Shown piece by piece: positions 1-9,080 of a stretch of DNA of 64,000 nucleotides. Position numbers and translations under genes: made by a program. The DNA comes from Chloroherpetonaceae bacterium. GTDB taxonomy: Bacteria > Bacteroidota > Chlorobiia > Chlorobiales > Thermochlorobacteraceae. The stretch is taken from NCBI GenBank assembly GCA_025056565.1, contig JANWWA010000001.1:157966-221965 (forward strand). The letters run 5' to 3'. Below the pieces are notes generated by a model that was given only the letters and a program-made list of their open reading frames with translations, had not been told where the DNA came from and made no database searches. Each line of letters opens with the position of its first letter. The first letter of the stretch is position 1.

Positions 1-594
1 GCCATAGTGAGCAAGAAATTTATCAATATCATTTTCAGTGAAGGGTGAGTGACCCGTGTAGTGATTGACCGTATAGACAAGTGGTCCGTGAAACATTAAT
101 ACGCTGATTTTTTCATAGCTTTCTAATATCGATAAGCCACCAAGCAGTTCTGCTATGATGCGCACAATGTCAATAAAGTCGTGTCGCTCCTTGGTTCCAC
201 CTTCTAAATCGCCGAGAATTACAGGGTAGTAGCCAAACTTTTCTCGTTCTGCCAAATTGCGCTCCCCTGATTTGACCACGTATGAACCGACGCGCAATAG
301 AACGGGAACTTGACTGGAAAGCTCGACTTGACCCACGCCGCCATCTATGAACGCAACGACTTCGCCTTGAAATTGAGACCAATCTGCATTGCTGATTTTG
401 TGCTTGGTGAAAATAGGCTCATTAGTACGCTCCATCGCTTTGCGGAGCGCAGCGATGAATTTAGCAGTGTTGTTGAAATAATTTCCTCTGAGGCTTTCTG
501 CGACTTGTAGAGCATTTTCGGCGAGTTTGAGCATTATGCTGGGCTGCCGCTGCAGATCCTTCTTAACACCTTCTTCTGAAAGATATTCGCTCAT
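1..594 (-). CDS. NurA-like nuclease domain protein, N-terminal 198 codons only (gene runs off the window start)
   Basis: Absent from the ORF track because there is no stop in the window. Hand translation of the reverse strand from the ATG at 594-592 gives an open frame down to base 1: MSEYLSEEGVKKDLQRQ...EVVAFIDGGVGQVELS...DFIDIVRIIAELLGG...VLMFHGPLVYTVNHYTGH. The order of the D / E / xGPL blocks recalls NurA-type nucleases from memory. The start overlaps the upstream stop (tcat at 591-594, an ATGA overlap). Confidence 0.45.
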   Translation of the reverse strand, partial: MSEYLSEEGVKKDLQRQPSIMLKLAENALQVAESLRGNYFNNTAKFIAALRKAMERTNEPIFTKHKISNADWSQFQGEVVAFIDGGVGQVELSSQVPVLLRVGSYVVKSGERNLAEREKFGYYPVILGDLEGGTKERHDFIDIVRIIAELLGGLSILESYEKISVLMFHGPLVYTVNHYTGHSPFTENDIDKFLAHYG

Positions 595-1037
595 CGCCTC
601 ACCTCGCTTTGAAAAATCCACGCCTTCATTTGCTTCATTCTACTACCAATTCCGCCTTGCGCGCAAGTTAGATTGAGCTTGGGCAATTCTTCCGATAAGG
701 CAAGCGCGGAGAAATATGCTTTGCCCAAATTAACAAAAACATCGGCATATTTTTCCCTTCGAAGCAAGCGGTCAAGCTGCCTCGAGACAGACGGAGCAAG
801 CTCAAAGGCGCGCGCAGCGGTCATCTTCAAATCGTAGTCATCAATCCACGTCTCAGGAGAGAGCAAACCGTGCTTTGCCGAAAGAATCAAGACGTCAAGA
901 TTTTTCGGGAAAGCGTTTTCGCGTTGCAGTTTTTTGAGCAGGCGAAAACTTACGCCGTCGTAACGCTCCCACGCAGGCAGTTTGCCTTTGCTTGAACGCT
1001 TGCGGTCGGAGCATGAAATGATGAGCAGTCTACGCAT
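591..1037 (-). CDS. small YaaA(DUF328)/DUF6884-like protein of unknown function
   Basis: 148 aa, ATG at 1037-1035. The N-terminus LLIISCSDRKR..KLPAWERYDGVSF and the block ILSAKHGLLSPETWIDDYDLKM match the pattern I recall for DUF6884/YaaA-like proteins. Translationally coupled to the downstream NurA-like gene. Confidence 0.45.
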   Translation of the reverse strand: MRRLLIISCSDRKRSSKGKLPAWERYDGVSFRLLKKLQRENAFPKNLDVLILSAKHGLLSPETWIDDYDLKMTAARAFELAPSVSRQLDRLLRREKYADVFVNLGKAYFSALALSEELPKLNLTCAQGGIGSRMKQMKAWIFQSEVRR

Positions 1038-1166
1038 TGCGAGCGCAAGTGAATTCCATGCAAAATCAAGCTATACGGAAAAGCGGGACGCGATTGCTTT
1101 TTCCGTTGCGAAAAAAGCCGTAAGTTTCGGCATCATTGTAACATTTCCATTGAAAAAGGAGGAAGT

Positions 1167-1961
1167 ATGCAAATCATCAATTCCTACAATGCTGTAAGCG
1201 AGACCGGCGAAAAAATTGACCTCCAAAAACTCCAAGCTGTGATGGCGCAATTCAAATTGAAGCACAACGCCGTTGCCATCACTTACTGCCGCCATGAACC
1301 GCCTCCGGGCTATACGCCTATTCAAGATGTGCCATGCGCCCTTGTGTATCACGCCGATACAGGCAAGCGCGTCTATATCGATCGCCACAACCATGATTGC
1401 CTCGTCGGACTCTACCACCTCGGTATGCTTGAAAATGCCAGCGAATACATCACCGACGGCATTTATATGACCGATGTGCAGCAGTTCTACACGCTCGAGG
1501 CAGCCAAAGCTAACAAACACAACACTGCCAACTTGCCTAAAGGTGAGTTTAAGGCGATTGCTGCCGCGCCAATTTCAATGGTGGAAGACGAAAGTCTGGT
1601 GCACCTTGTCATTGTCATCTGTGAGCCACAGTATGCGATGATTCTTGCAGGGGCCGCCTCAACACGCATTGGTAAATTCCCAATTGGCGAACTTGGAATG
1701 AGTGCCTGTTCTTCGCTCTTCAGCGTGCCGTATTTGGAGAATAATAGCGTCTTTGTCGTGGGCGACGGTGGCGGCAGAATCCACAACCACCTTCAGACCA
1801 GCGAAATGTTCGCCTGTATTCCACGTGACCACATTAAGCATCTTTTCGCAGTGGCGGATAGCTTCAAAATCACACCTGCTGAAATGCGCAAGCGCATTCG
1901 CCCGTCATATTTTGAGGAAAATGTCTATGGCGGTAACAAGCGGTCTGCTGCGCAAGGATAA
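1167..1961 (+). CDS. DUF169-like protein (uncharacterised)
   Basis: 264 aa ORF with a strong SD (AGGAGG at 1157-1162, 4 nt spacer). Size and Cys/Gly-containing blocks recall DUF169 (COG2043). The family call is tentative. Confidence 0.45.
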   Translation: MQIINSYNAVSETGEKIDLQKLQAVMAQFKLKHNAVAITYCRHEPPPGYTPIQDVPCALVYHADTGKRVYIDRHNHDCLVGLYHLGMLENASEYITDGIYMTDVQQFYTLEAAKANKHNTANLPKGEFKAIAAAPISMVEDESLVHLVIVICEPQYAMILAGAASTRIGKFPIGELGMSACSSLFSVPYLENNSVFVVGDGGGRIHNHLQTSEMFACIPRDHIKHLFAVADSFKITPAEMRKRIRPSYFEENVYGGNKRSAAQG

Positions 1962-2043
1962 ACCAGTGCAGAGCGCGCTGAATCTCTACACGAAAGTGTG
2001 GCGCATCCTTTTCGCTGGCCTTGTGAAAAGGGTTATGCTGCTA

Positions 2044-4209
2044 TCAAGCCCGTGAGAAGCGCTGCACAAAGGAAATCCGATAGGGCTTTTTTGTGAGCTT
2101 GAGGTCGAAGCACATTACCACAACAGAGCCTTGATAGACGCGCTCAAAGCCATCTTCCGATAGCGAAATGGTCTCAATGGGGTAGCGCAGGACAGTTGCG
2201 TCTTCCGACGCTTCCAGCCGTGCGTGAATATGCAACCACTCGTCCTTTAAGCCAACCATTCGGGAACGCACTTCGCCCATTGAGCGCAAACGTCGGTCAG
2301 CCAGCTCAATGCCGTCAAAGTAATAGTAGCGGTCAGGTGCATCGCCTGCCAGCAGTCCATAAGCAAACTCTACGCCGAAGCGAAGTGGCGGAAGCACTTC
2401 GTCAGAGACCAAGCGCAGCACATAATCTACCGTGAACTCTGATTTGCCTTTGGCAAGCGTTACAGCTTTTGATAGTTCAACAAATGCTGCCTTGCCTGCC
2501 GAGCGCACTTCGCCAACGCACTCAAGCACGACGGTGCGTTTGGCTTTGTTGCCGCTGAGCTTGTAAGAATAGGCTCGCGTAATAAAGTCGCCTAGTTCAA
2601 CGGCTTTGCTTTGGTAGAGGTCTTCTGCCGTAACCGATGGTTCAAAGAAGTGGTCAATCAGGCTGCCACGCCGATAGGTGTCGTAGTAGAGATACTTGTC
2701 AAGGTCCGCCTCTTTCATCTTCACGATATCGTGAATGCTGGCAACCCCTTCGTTCTGTGCATGAGCATGTGAGCCTTTTCTTGCAAACTCACGTAGCTCG
2801 GCGTGGTATCCTTCTTCGCGGCGTGTCAGAATGTCTAAAATGTTCTTGCGTGCAGCTTTGTAATCCAGCTCGACCAGTTTGCCGCCGTCCGAAGGCTTGA
2901 AGTATAGCCCTAATTCGTTGGATTTAAGCACGATGTCTTCTTGACCATCACGGTCAAAGTCATAAACTGAGACGGTTACGTCGCCGTGCTTGTTGTCAAT
3001 TGCATCCAGCGCCACTTCTGCTTCAAGCAGGTTTTGGTAGATGGGGTGGCGCAAATTTGGCAAATAAGTGCCTCCAAATACACCGTGCCAGTACGGACAA
3101 TTGCATTGAGCCGCCCAGATTTTATCTAAAACCTTACTGCCTACCTTCTTGCCTTTTGCCAGCAAGGCTTGCGCCCGTGCAGAGACTTCCAGCATTCGCT
3201 TGTGCATCTGGTTGGCTTCGGGATACTTCACCATAAAATTGCGCCAAAAGCCTCCCCGCACGAAGACATCATTGCCATCAAGCAAGTGGTGCTTCTTTAG
3301 CGCTTTCTCAAATTGTTCAAATGCACGATAGGATTTGACGGTCGGCAGCGACCAGTGCATCATCTCGGCATAAGACGCATTTGAGAGATAGATTCTGCCA
3401 ATCGGTTTCAGCTCACGCAAGGCTTCAGCAAAGGTCATCATTCGAATCCAACTGCGGTTTTCGTCCAGCGCTTTAAAGAACTGCTCAAGCCAACGGTCTT
3501 TGACATAGACATGTTCGTAGGTGTTGGGCCAGACGCCAAACTTTTCGCCATCGTCCGCAAAAACCACTAGCCGCTCTCCGCTTTCATCTGCGACGCTGTA
3601 GAGATATTCCAGTGTTTTTTCCACAGGTTGAAAAGGAATGGTGTAGCGCAAAGTTTTGGAAATTGGGAAAAGGTTTGTAGTGTAGCCTTGCTCTTCGGTG
3701 ATGTAGTAGCCCAGAAGTTGCTCATCGCTAAGACCAGCATACTTGAAATGCGTGTCATCCAAAATCACATATCGAATGCCTGCTTGTGCCAGCGGTTTAG
3801 TGAGATGTTGTTCCCAGATGCGTTCTGCCAGCCAAAGTCCTTCGGCACGAAAGCCGAAGTGTTTTTTGATGAACTTCGTGAGTTTCTCAATCTGCCCAAT
3901 TTTGTCTTCGTCAGGAATAACCGCTAAGATAGGTTCATAGAATCCACCGCTAATCAGTTCAATGTTGCCACGCTTGACCAGCGCTCGTAGCTGGTCGAAG
4001 AAATCAGGGTGTTTTTCCAAGAGCCACTCGAAGAGAATGCCCGTGTAGTGTTTGGAGATTTTGAGGTTTGGGAACTTCTCAAAGACATCGAGAAAGGGCT
4101 TGTATGCACGCTGGTAAGCGTCTTCGAAGACAGAGTCGAAATTGCCGATAGGTTGGTGATTATGCGTGCCGAAAATGAGATTGATTTTTTTCATAGCGAG
4201 CGTCGGCAT
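2044..4209 (-). CDS. GH57 family alpha-amylase / 4-alpha-glucanotransferase-like protein
   Basis: 721 aa. The N-terminus INLIFGTHNHQPIGNF...YKPFLD...HYTGILFEWL is typical of glycoside hydrolase family 57, and there is a long C-terminal extension as in DUF1926-containing GH57 enzymes. Confidence 0.85.
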   Translation of the reverse strand: MPTLAMKKINLIFGTHNHQPIGNFDSVFEDAYQRAYKPFLDVFEKFPNLKISKHYTGILFEWLLEKHPDFFDQLRALVKRGNIELISGGFYEPILAVIPDEDKIGQIEKLTKFIKKHFGFRAEGLWLAERIWEQHLTKPLAQAGIRYVILDDTHFKYAGLSDEQLLGYYITEEQGYTTNLFPISKTLRYTIPFQPVEKTLEYLYSVADESGERLVVFADDGEKFGVWPNTYEHVYVKDRWLEQFFKALDENRSWIRMMTFAEALRELKPIGRIYLSNASYAEMMHWSLPTVKSYRAFEQFEKALKKHHLLDGNDVFVRGGFWRNFMVKYPEANQMHKRMLEVSARAQALLAKGKKVGSKVLDKIWAAQCNCPYWHGVFGGTYLPNLRHPIYQNLLEAEVALDAIDNKHGDVTVSVYDFDRDGQEDIVLKSNELGLYFKPSDGGKLVELDYKAARKNILDILTRREEGYHAELREFARKGSHAHAQNEGVASIHDIVKMKEADLDKYLYYDTYRRGSLIDHFFEPSVTAEDLYQSKAVELGDFITRAYSYKLSGNKAKRTVVLECVGEVRSAGKAAFVELSKAVTLAKGKSEFTVDYVLRLVSDEVLPPLRFGVEFAYGLLAGDAPDRYYYFDGIELADRRLRSMGEVRSRMVGLKDEWLHIHARLEASEDATVLRYPIETISLSEDGFERVYQGSVVVMCFDLKLTKKPYRISFVQRFSRA

Positions 4210-4223
4210 TGTCAGTTTAGGCG

Positions 4224-4231
4224 CAAAGGTA
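4224..4231 (-). promoter_or_regulatory. candidate Bacteroidota-type -7 promoter box (TAccTTTG) for the GH57 gene
   Basis: Plus-strand caaaggta reads as TACCTTTG on the minus strand. It lies 14 nt upstream of the ATG at 4209. Exact match to TAnnTTTG. Confidence 0.4.
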
Positions 4232-4369
4232 AAGAATTGCAGGCATTTTTTGAGTGGCGCAGGGCTTGTAGCGTATTGCCTCAGTCCGAAGATAATTGCA
4301 GTGGGGTTTCGTCAGGCTGCTTGCTCCCACTTTTCTTCTTTGCAAGCTGCGCCTCCCCTGCCCTCGGTG

Positions 4370-7006
4370 CTACTTGCCTTCTGCAAGGCGCCTCAGTTCA
4401 GCCAGTTTCAAAAGGGCTTCAATTGGCGTCAGGCGATTGAGGTCTAACTGCAGCAATGCTTCACGCAGCTTGCTGTCGCCCATTTCAAACAGCGAGATTT
4501 GAAAATTCTCCTGCGGTATCGCTCGCAGCTCAACTTTTTTGGCTTTGCTGCGCAAGTCCTTTTCCTCAGCAAGCCGTTGAGCTTCTTCACGCTCAAGGCG
4601 CGCCAGAATCTCTCGCGCTCGCTCAATGACCGACGCTGGCAGACCAGCCATCTTTGCGACTTCGATACCAAAACTATTCTGTGCCGCGCCTCGCTCAATT
4701 TTGCGCAGGAAAATCACCCTGTCCCCAGTTTCTACCACTGCTGCATTGAAGTTTTTAAGCCGAGGGAGGTGCGCTTCCAATTCAGACAGCTCATGATAGT
4801 GCGTGGCGAAAAGTGTTTTTGCGCCAATCACATCGTGGATATGCTCCGTGATTGCCCATGCAATTGACATTCCATCGTAGGTGCTAGTGCCACGTCCGAT
4901 TTCATCAAGTAAAATGAGGCTGCGTGCCGTCGCATGGTTCAAAATGTGTGCGGCTTCGTTCATCTCGACCAGAAAGGTGCTTTCACCTGCTGCAAGGTTA
5001 TCGCTTGCGCCTACGCGCGTAAAAATCTTATCCACCAGTCCAATTCTGGCACGCTCTGCTGGCACAAACGAGCCAATCTGTGCCAGCAGCACAATTAGCC
5101 CTGTCTGGCGCAAGTAAGAGCTTTTCCCTGCCATATTCGGCCCCGTGATCAGCATCAGACGCGTCTCGCTGTCGAGCAAGCAGTCATTCGGCACATACTT
5201 TTCGCCCGGTGGCATGAGGCGCTCCAAGACAGGATGCCGCCCCTGAACAATTTGCAAGATGTCTTCATCAGTTACCTCAGGCTTGCTGTAGCCGTAGAGT
5301 GTGGCGCATTCTGCAAAGGATTGCAGCGTGTCCAAGATAGCCAATGCTTCAGCATTGGCTTGAATGCGCTCTGCTGCACTGGCCACTTTTTGGCATAGCT
5401 CGCTAAAAAGGCGCGTCTCGAGCTCGAGCCGCTTTTCTTCAGCAGAAAGAATTTTTGCCTCGTATTCTTTGAGTGCAGGAATGGTGTATCGCTCGGCATT
5501 CACCAGCGTTTGCTTGCGCTCATAGTGCGGTGGGACCTTACTCCGATTGGCGTGGCTGATTTCAATATAGTAGCCAAAGACCTTGTTGTAGAGCACCTTT
5601 AGCGACGCAATACCTGTTTTTTCACGCTCTTCTTGCTGAATTTGAATCAAGCGTTTTTCTGCATTACGCACAATCTCACGGAGCTCATCGAGTTCAGCGT
5701 GGTAGCCTGCTTGAATCACATTTCCATCCGCAGGCGAAGCCGGTGCATCAGGCGAAATTGCGGCCTGAATCTCCGAGACCAGCTCACTGCAGTCATAGAG
5801 CGCCGCACATAGCTGTCGCAGCAAGCGACTCTGGCAAGCAGACAGGTAGTGCTGAACGTTCGGAATCTGCGCAAGCGACCCTGCAAGAATGAGCAAATCT
5901 CTGGGCGCCGCACGCCCAATCGCAATGCGCGACAGTACACGCTCAAGGTCGCATAGTCCTCTAAGCAAGTCGCGCAGAGCAGTGCGACGGTGGCTATCAG
6001 CAACCAGCTCTGCCACCGCATCCAGCCGCTGATGAATGAGGGATAAATTGCGAGAAGGGCGAGCCAGCCATTTTTTAAGCATTCGCGCGCCCATTGCGGT
6101 AAGCGTCTTATCCAAAATGCCAAGCAGCGTGCCGCTACGCGAGCCATCTTGCATAGAGTAAAGAATCTCCAAGTTACGCTTGGTCTGTGGGTCAAGCGTC
6201 ATTGTGTCGCCCAAGTCAAGGCGAGAGAGCTTGCGAATGTATTCGAGCTTGTGGCGCTGCGTGTCGGCTAAGTAGTTCAAAATGACAGAGGCTGCGACTT
6301 TGGCCGCATCCAGCGACTCAATGCCAAAGCCCTTGAGTGAATGCACCTTGAAATGATTGCGTAGCGTCTGCTCAGCGTAATCAAGGCTAAACAGCCACTC
6401 ATCGAGTTCGGTAAAGGCTACCTGCGCAGGCGCACTTTGCTCAAGGAATAGGCGCTCTGCTTTTTGCTTTTTAGAGTAAAGAATTTCTGAGGGCTGAATG
6501 GTTTGCAGTGCTTCGGCAAATGCACCACGCTCCACTTCTAAGGCTTGAAACTCAGCGGTTGTTACGTCAATGAAAGCAATGCCGATGCTCCCCTTAGCAG
6601 CAAAGTGAACGGCACACAGGTAGTTGTTGCGCTTTTCATCAAGGAGCTTATCGCTAAAATTGACGCCGGGTGTGATGATGTCCGTTACTTCCCGCTTGAC
6701 AATGCCGCGCGCAAACTTTGGGTCTTCCATCTGCTCGCACACGGCTACACGAAACCCTTGTCTAACCAGCTTTGCCACATAAGTTTCAAGGGCGTGATGT
6801 GGAAAGCCAGCCAGCGGCACATCTGCTGCCGCACCGTTTGCGCGCTTTGTCAGCACAATACCGACTGCTTCAGAGAGTCGCTTGGCATCGTCGTGAAAGG
6901 TCTCGTAAAAGTCGCCCACGCGAAAGAGCAAAATCACATCTGGATAGCGCGACTTGATTTTCTCATACTGCCGCATCAGCGGCGTGTCGTCCTGCTTCTT
7001 TGCCAC
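4370..7006 (-). CDS. mutS: DNA mismatch repair protein MutS
   Basis: TPLMRQYEKIKSRYPD N-terminus, Walker A block GPNMAGKSSYLRQ, and the motifs STFLVEMNE and DEIGRGTSTYDG. The track start at 7054 is TTG. The GTG at 7006 gives MAKKQDDTPLMRQY, a typical MutS N-terminus. Confidence 0.95.
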   Translation of the reverse strand: MAKKQDDTPLMRQYEKIKSRYPDVILLFRVGDFYETFHDDAKRLSEAVGIVLTKRANGAAADVPLAGFPHHALETYVAKLVRQGFRVAVCEQMEDPKFARGIVKREVTDIITPGVNFSDKLLDEKRNNYLCAVHFAAKGSIGIAFIDVTTAEFQALEVERGAFAEALQTIQPSEILYSKKQKAERLFLEQSAPAQVAFTELDEWLFSLDYAEQTLRNHFKVHSLKGFGIESLDAAKVAASVILNYLADTQRHKLEYIRKLSRLDLGDTMTLDPQTKRNLEILYSMQDGSRSGTLLGILDKTLTAMGARMLKKWLARPSRNLSLIHQRLDAVAELVADSHRRTALRDLLRGLCDLERVLSRIAIGRAAPRDLLILAGSLAQIPNVQHYLSACQSRLLRQLCAALYDCSELVSEIQAAISPDAPASPADGNVIQAGYHAELDELREIVRNAEKRLIQIQQEEREKTGIASLKVLYNKVFGYYIEISHANRSKVPPHYERKQTLVNAERYTIPALKEYEAKILSAEEKRLELETRLFSELCQKVASAAERIQANAEALAILDTLQSFAECATLYGYSKPEVTDEDILQIVQGRHPVLERLMPPGEKYVPNDCLLDSETRLMLITGPNMAGKSSYLRQTGLIVLLAQIGSFVPAERARIGLVDKIFTRVGASDNLAAGESTFLVEMNEAAHILNHATARSLILLDEIGRGTSTYDGMSIAWAITEHIHDVIGAKTLFATHYHELSELEAHLPRLKNFNAAVVETGDRVIFLRKIERGAAQNSFGIEVAKMAGLPASVIERAREILARLEREEAQRLAEEKDLRSKAKKVELRAIPQENFQISLFEMGDSKLREALLQLDLNRLTPIEALLKLAELRRLAEGK

Positions 7007-7063
7007 AGCTTGCTTAGGCGATAGTTTAGCAAGAATACCTACGCAAAAATACAAACTGCACTG

Positions 7064-7645
7064 TCAGAGATTGATCACCTCTTTGCCTTGAAGAATATCA
7101 CGAAAGCGAATTGCATACTGCACAAATGATGCAAACAGCAAGCCGGTTGCTATCCAGATGCACACGGTTTTTGCCAAAGAGAAGTCAATCGTCGGATAAG
7201 GGAACACAATCATTGCGTAGAGCAGTGCCACAAAGCCAACGGCCCACTTGCCCGCTGGCAACGCCGTTGTGAGGATATGCTTGCGGCGCTTGGCATAAAT
7301 TCCTCCACCGAAGATAATCGCATCACGCAGGAAAAGAAACACCACAAACCACAGCGGCAATTCACCCAGGTAGGCAAAGTACATGCCTATCAGCGCTGCC
7401 GAGAGCTTGTCGGCAAGCGGGTCCAAAATTTTGCCCATTTCAGAGACACTGTTTGTCCAGCGTGCTACGCGTCCATCAAACCAGTCTGTTGAAATCGCCA
7501 CCAGCATGAGCACAAATGCTGTGAGTTTGTCGCCATTGGAGAAGAAGTAAATAAACGGTGGCACAAGCAAAATGCGCAGCACGCTTAGGAAATTAGACAG
7601 CGTAAAAATGCGTTCTTGCGCTCGATGAGTAGAAGTGCTCTGCAT
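7064..7645 (-). CDS. CDP-alcohol phosphatidyltransferase family protein
   Basis: Motif DWFDGRVARW...GKILDPLADK (D-x2-DG-x2-AR...G-x3-D-x3-D) plus several TM segments. The track start at 7690 is TTG, so I prefer the ATG at 7645 (MQSTSTHRAQ). Confidence 0.8.
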   Translation of the reverse strand: MQSTSTHRAQERIFTLSNFLSVLRILLVPPFIYFFSNGDKLTAFVLMLVAISTDWFDGRVARWTNSVSEMGKILDPLADKLSAALIGMYFAYLGELPLWFVVFLFLRDAIIFGGGIYAKRRKHILTTALPAGKWAVGFVALLYAMIVFPYPTIDFSLAKTVCIWIATGLLFASFVQYAIRFRDILQGKEVINL

Positions 7646-7704
7646 ATTAAACGTGGCGTTGAAATCGCTTTTCAGAAGCGTTGGCGTCAAAATCTAATGC
7701 ACAA

Positions 7705-7998
7705 ATGGTCCCAAACAAATATACTGCGCTTGAGCGCCTGCAAATTTTTAAGCCTGTTGCCTCCTTCGGTGTCCTAAGAGCCGCCCTGATAGAGGAAATT
7801 CAGTTAGGCAATCGTTTGCCCGTAGAAATTACGGAGGAAAATATCATTGCTTTTGCCACTGAAATTGGTTTTGAGAAGTGCGAAGCCAGCGATTGCGATC
7901 TATGGTATAACGCTCGCAAAGCATGGTTTATGGTTGATGCAGGGGAAAAAATCTGCCGAATGTGTGCGGTCTTGCGCGGTTTAGAGCCAGAGTTTTAG
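7705..7998 (+). CDS. hypothetical small protein with C-terminal Cys pairs
   Basis: The track ORF starts at a TTG at 7681, and the first ATG is at 7705. The C-terminus CEASDC...CRMC suggests a possible zinc ribbon. No family recognised. Confidence 0.35.
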   Translation: MVPNKYTALERLQIFKPVASFGVLRAALIEEIQLGNRLPVEITEENIIAFATEIGFEKCEASDCDLWYNARKAWFMVDAGEKICRMCAVLRGLEPEF

Positions 7999-8051
7999 AG
8001 TTGTGCACAATGTCTTTTCGCTGTGCACTGCGCTATTCTATACGCTGCTCT

Positions 8052-9080
8052 TCAAGGCACACGACGCCAACGCGTATTTATCAGCAACACTTCTAATGCA
8101 AGGCACAGTAGCGCTGGCGTCAGAAACCGCACAAATTCTTCTTTGTATTCCGTAAAGGTCTCCACCTCTACTTTGGTTTTTTCCAGCGCGTCAATCTCTC
8201 GGTAAATCTTTTTGAGACTTTCATAGTCGGTTGCACGAAAGTATCGACCTCCTGTCAAATCTGCGATACGTGTGAGTGTCGCATCATCGACATCGACTTT
8301 GACGCGCATATAGCGCTTGCCGAAGAGCGGGTCTTCAAAGGGATAATTTGCATAGCCTTGTGTGCCTGCGCCGACCGTGTAGATTTTGATGCCCAGTGCG
8401 GCTGCTAACTCTGCCGCAGTAATCGGCTCAATCTCACCTGCGTTGTTCTGTCCATCTGTCAGCAAAATGATGACTTTGCTCTTTGCCTGTGAGTCTCGCA
8501 AACGATTGGCAGCCGTTGCAATCGCTAGCCCAATAGCCGTGCCGTCCTCTGCAAGCTGCCCTGCTTCCAGCTTCGCAATCAGTGTTTTGAGGAGATTGTA
8601 GTCCAGCGTCAGTGGACATTGGGTATAGCTTTGTCCTGCGAACACAACTAGACCAATTCGGTCGCTGATACGATGGTTGATAAAATCAATTGCCACTTCT
8701 TTGGCTGCCTCAATGCGATTTTTCGGCTCAAAGTCTTCTGCCAGCATTGAGCCAGAGAGGTCTATGACCATCATAATATCGATACCTTCTGCATACACGG
8801 TCTGACGCTGATTTTCCAAGCGCGGACGTGCCAGTGCCACAATGAGAAAACTGAGTGCCAAAATGCGCAGCCCGAGCGGCATATAGCGTCCCAGTTGCAG
8901 CCAAATCGCCTGATGCCCCGTTTTTACCAGCTCCTTCACGCTTGAGAACACCACTGCTGGCAACCGCCCAGTTCGCACTCGATGCCAGTGCCAGAACACC
9001 AGCACAGGCAGAAGCAGCAGCAACCAGAACGCTTCGGGGTTTTGAAACGAAAAGTTTTCTTGAAAGAAAAGCTCTACCAT
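8052..9080 (-). CDS. batA: VWA domain protein, BatA-like
   Basis: N-terminal F..P.AFWLLLLLPVLVFWHW TM pair followed by a von Willebrand A domain (DIMMVIDLSGSM MIDAS-like motif). ATG at 9080 directly abuts the stop of the upstream gene. Confidence 0.75.
   Translation of the reverse strand: MVELFFQENFSFQNPEAFWLLLLLPVLVFWHWHRVRTGRLPAVVFSSVKELVKTGHQAIWLQLGRYMPLGLRILALSFLIVALARPRLENQRQTVYAEGIDIMMVIDLSGSMLAEDFEPKNRIEAAKEVAIDFINHRISDRIGLVVFAGQSYTQCPLTLDYNLLKTLIAKLEAGQLAEDGTAIGLAIATAANRLRDSQAKSKVIILLTDGQNNAGEIEPITAAELAAALGIKIYTVGAGTQGYANYPFEDPLFGKRYMRVKVDVDDATLTRIADLTGGRYFRATDYESLKKIYREIDALEKTKVEVETFTEYKEEFVRFLTPALLCLALEVLLINTRWRRVP

Noticed and set aside
4499-7024. Plus-strand ORFs inside mutS (for example 4499-4867 and 6545-7024), and similar antisense ORFs inside the GH57, M48, uvrA, metF, gyrB and OMP genes
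   Set aside because: They lie fully inside strongly supported genes on the opposite strand. They are low-complexity or Arg/Ser/Cys-rich, which is typical of shadow frames, and have no recognisable motifs.
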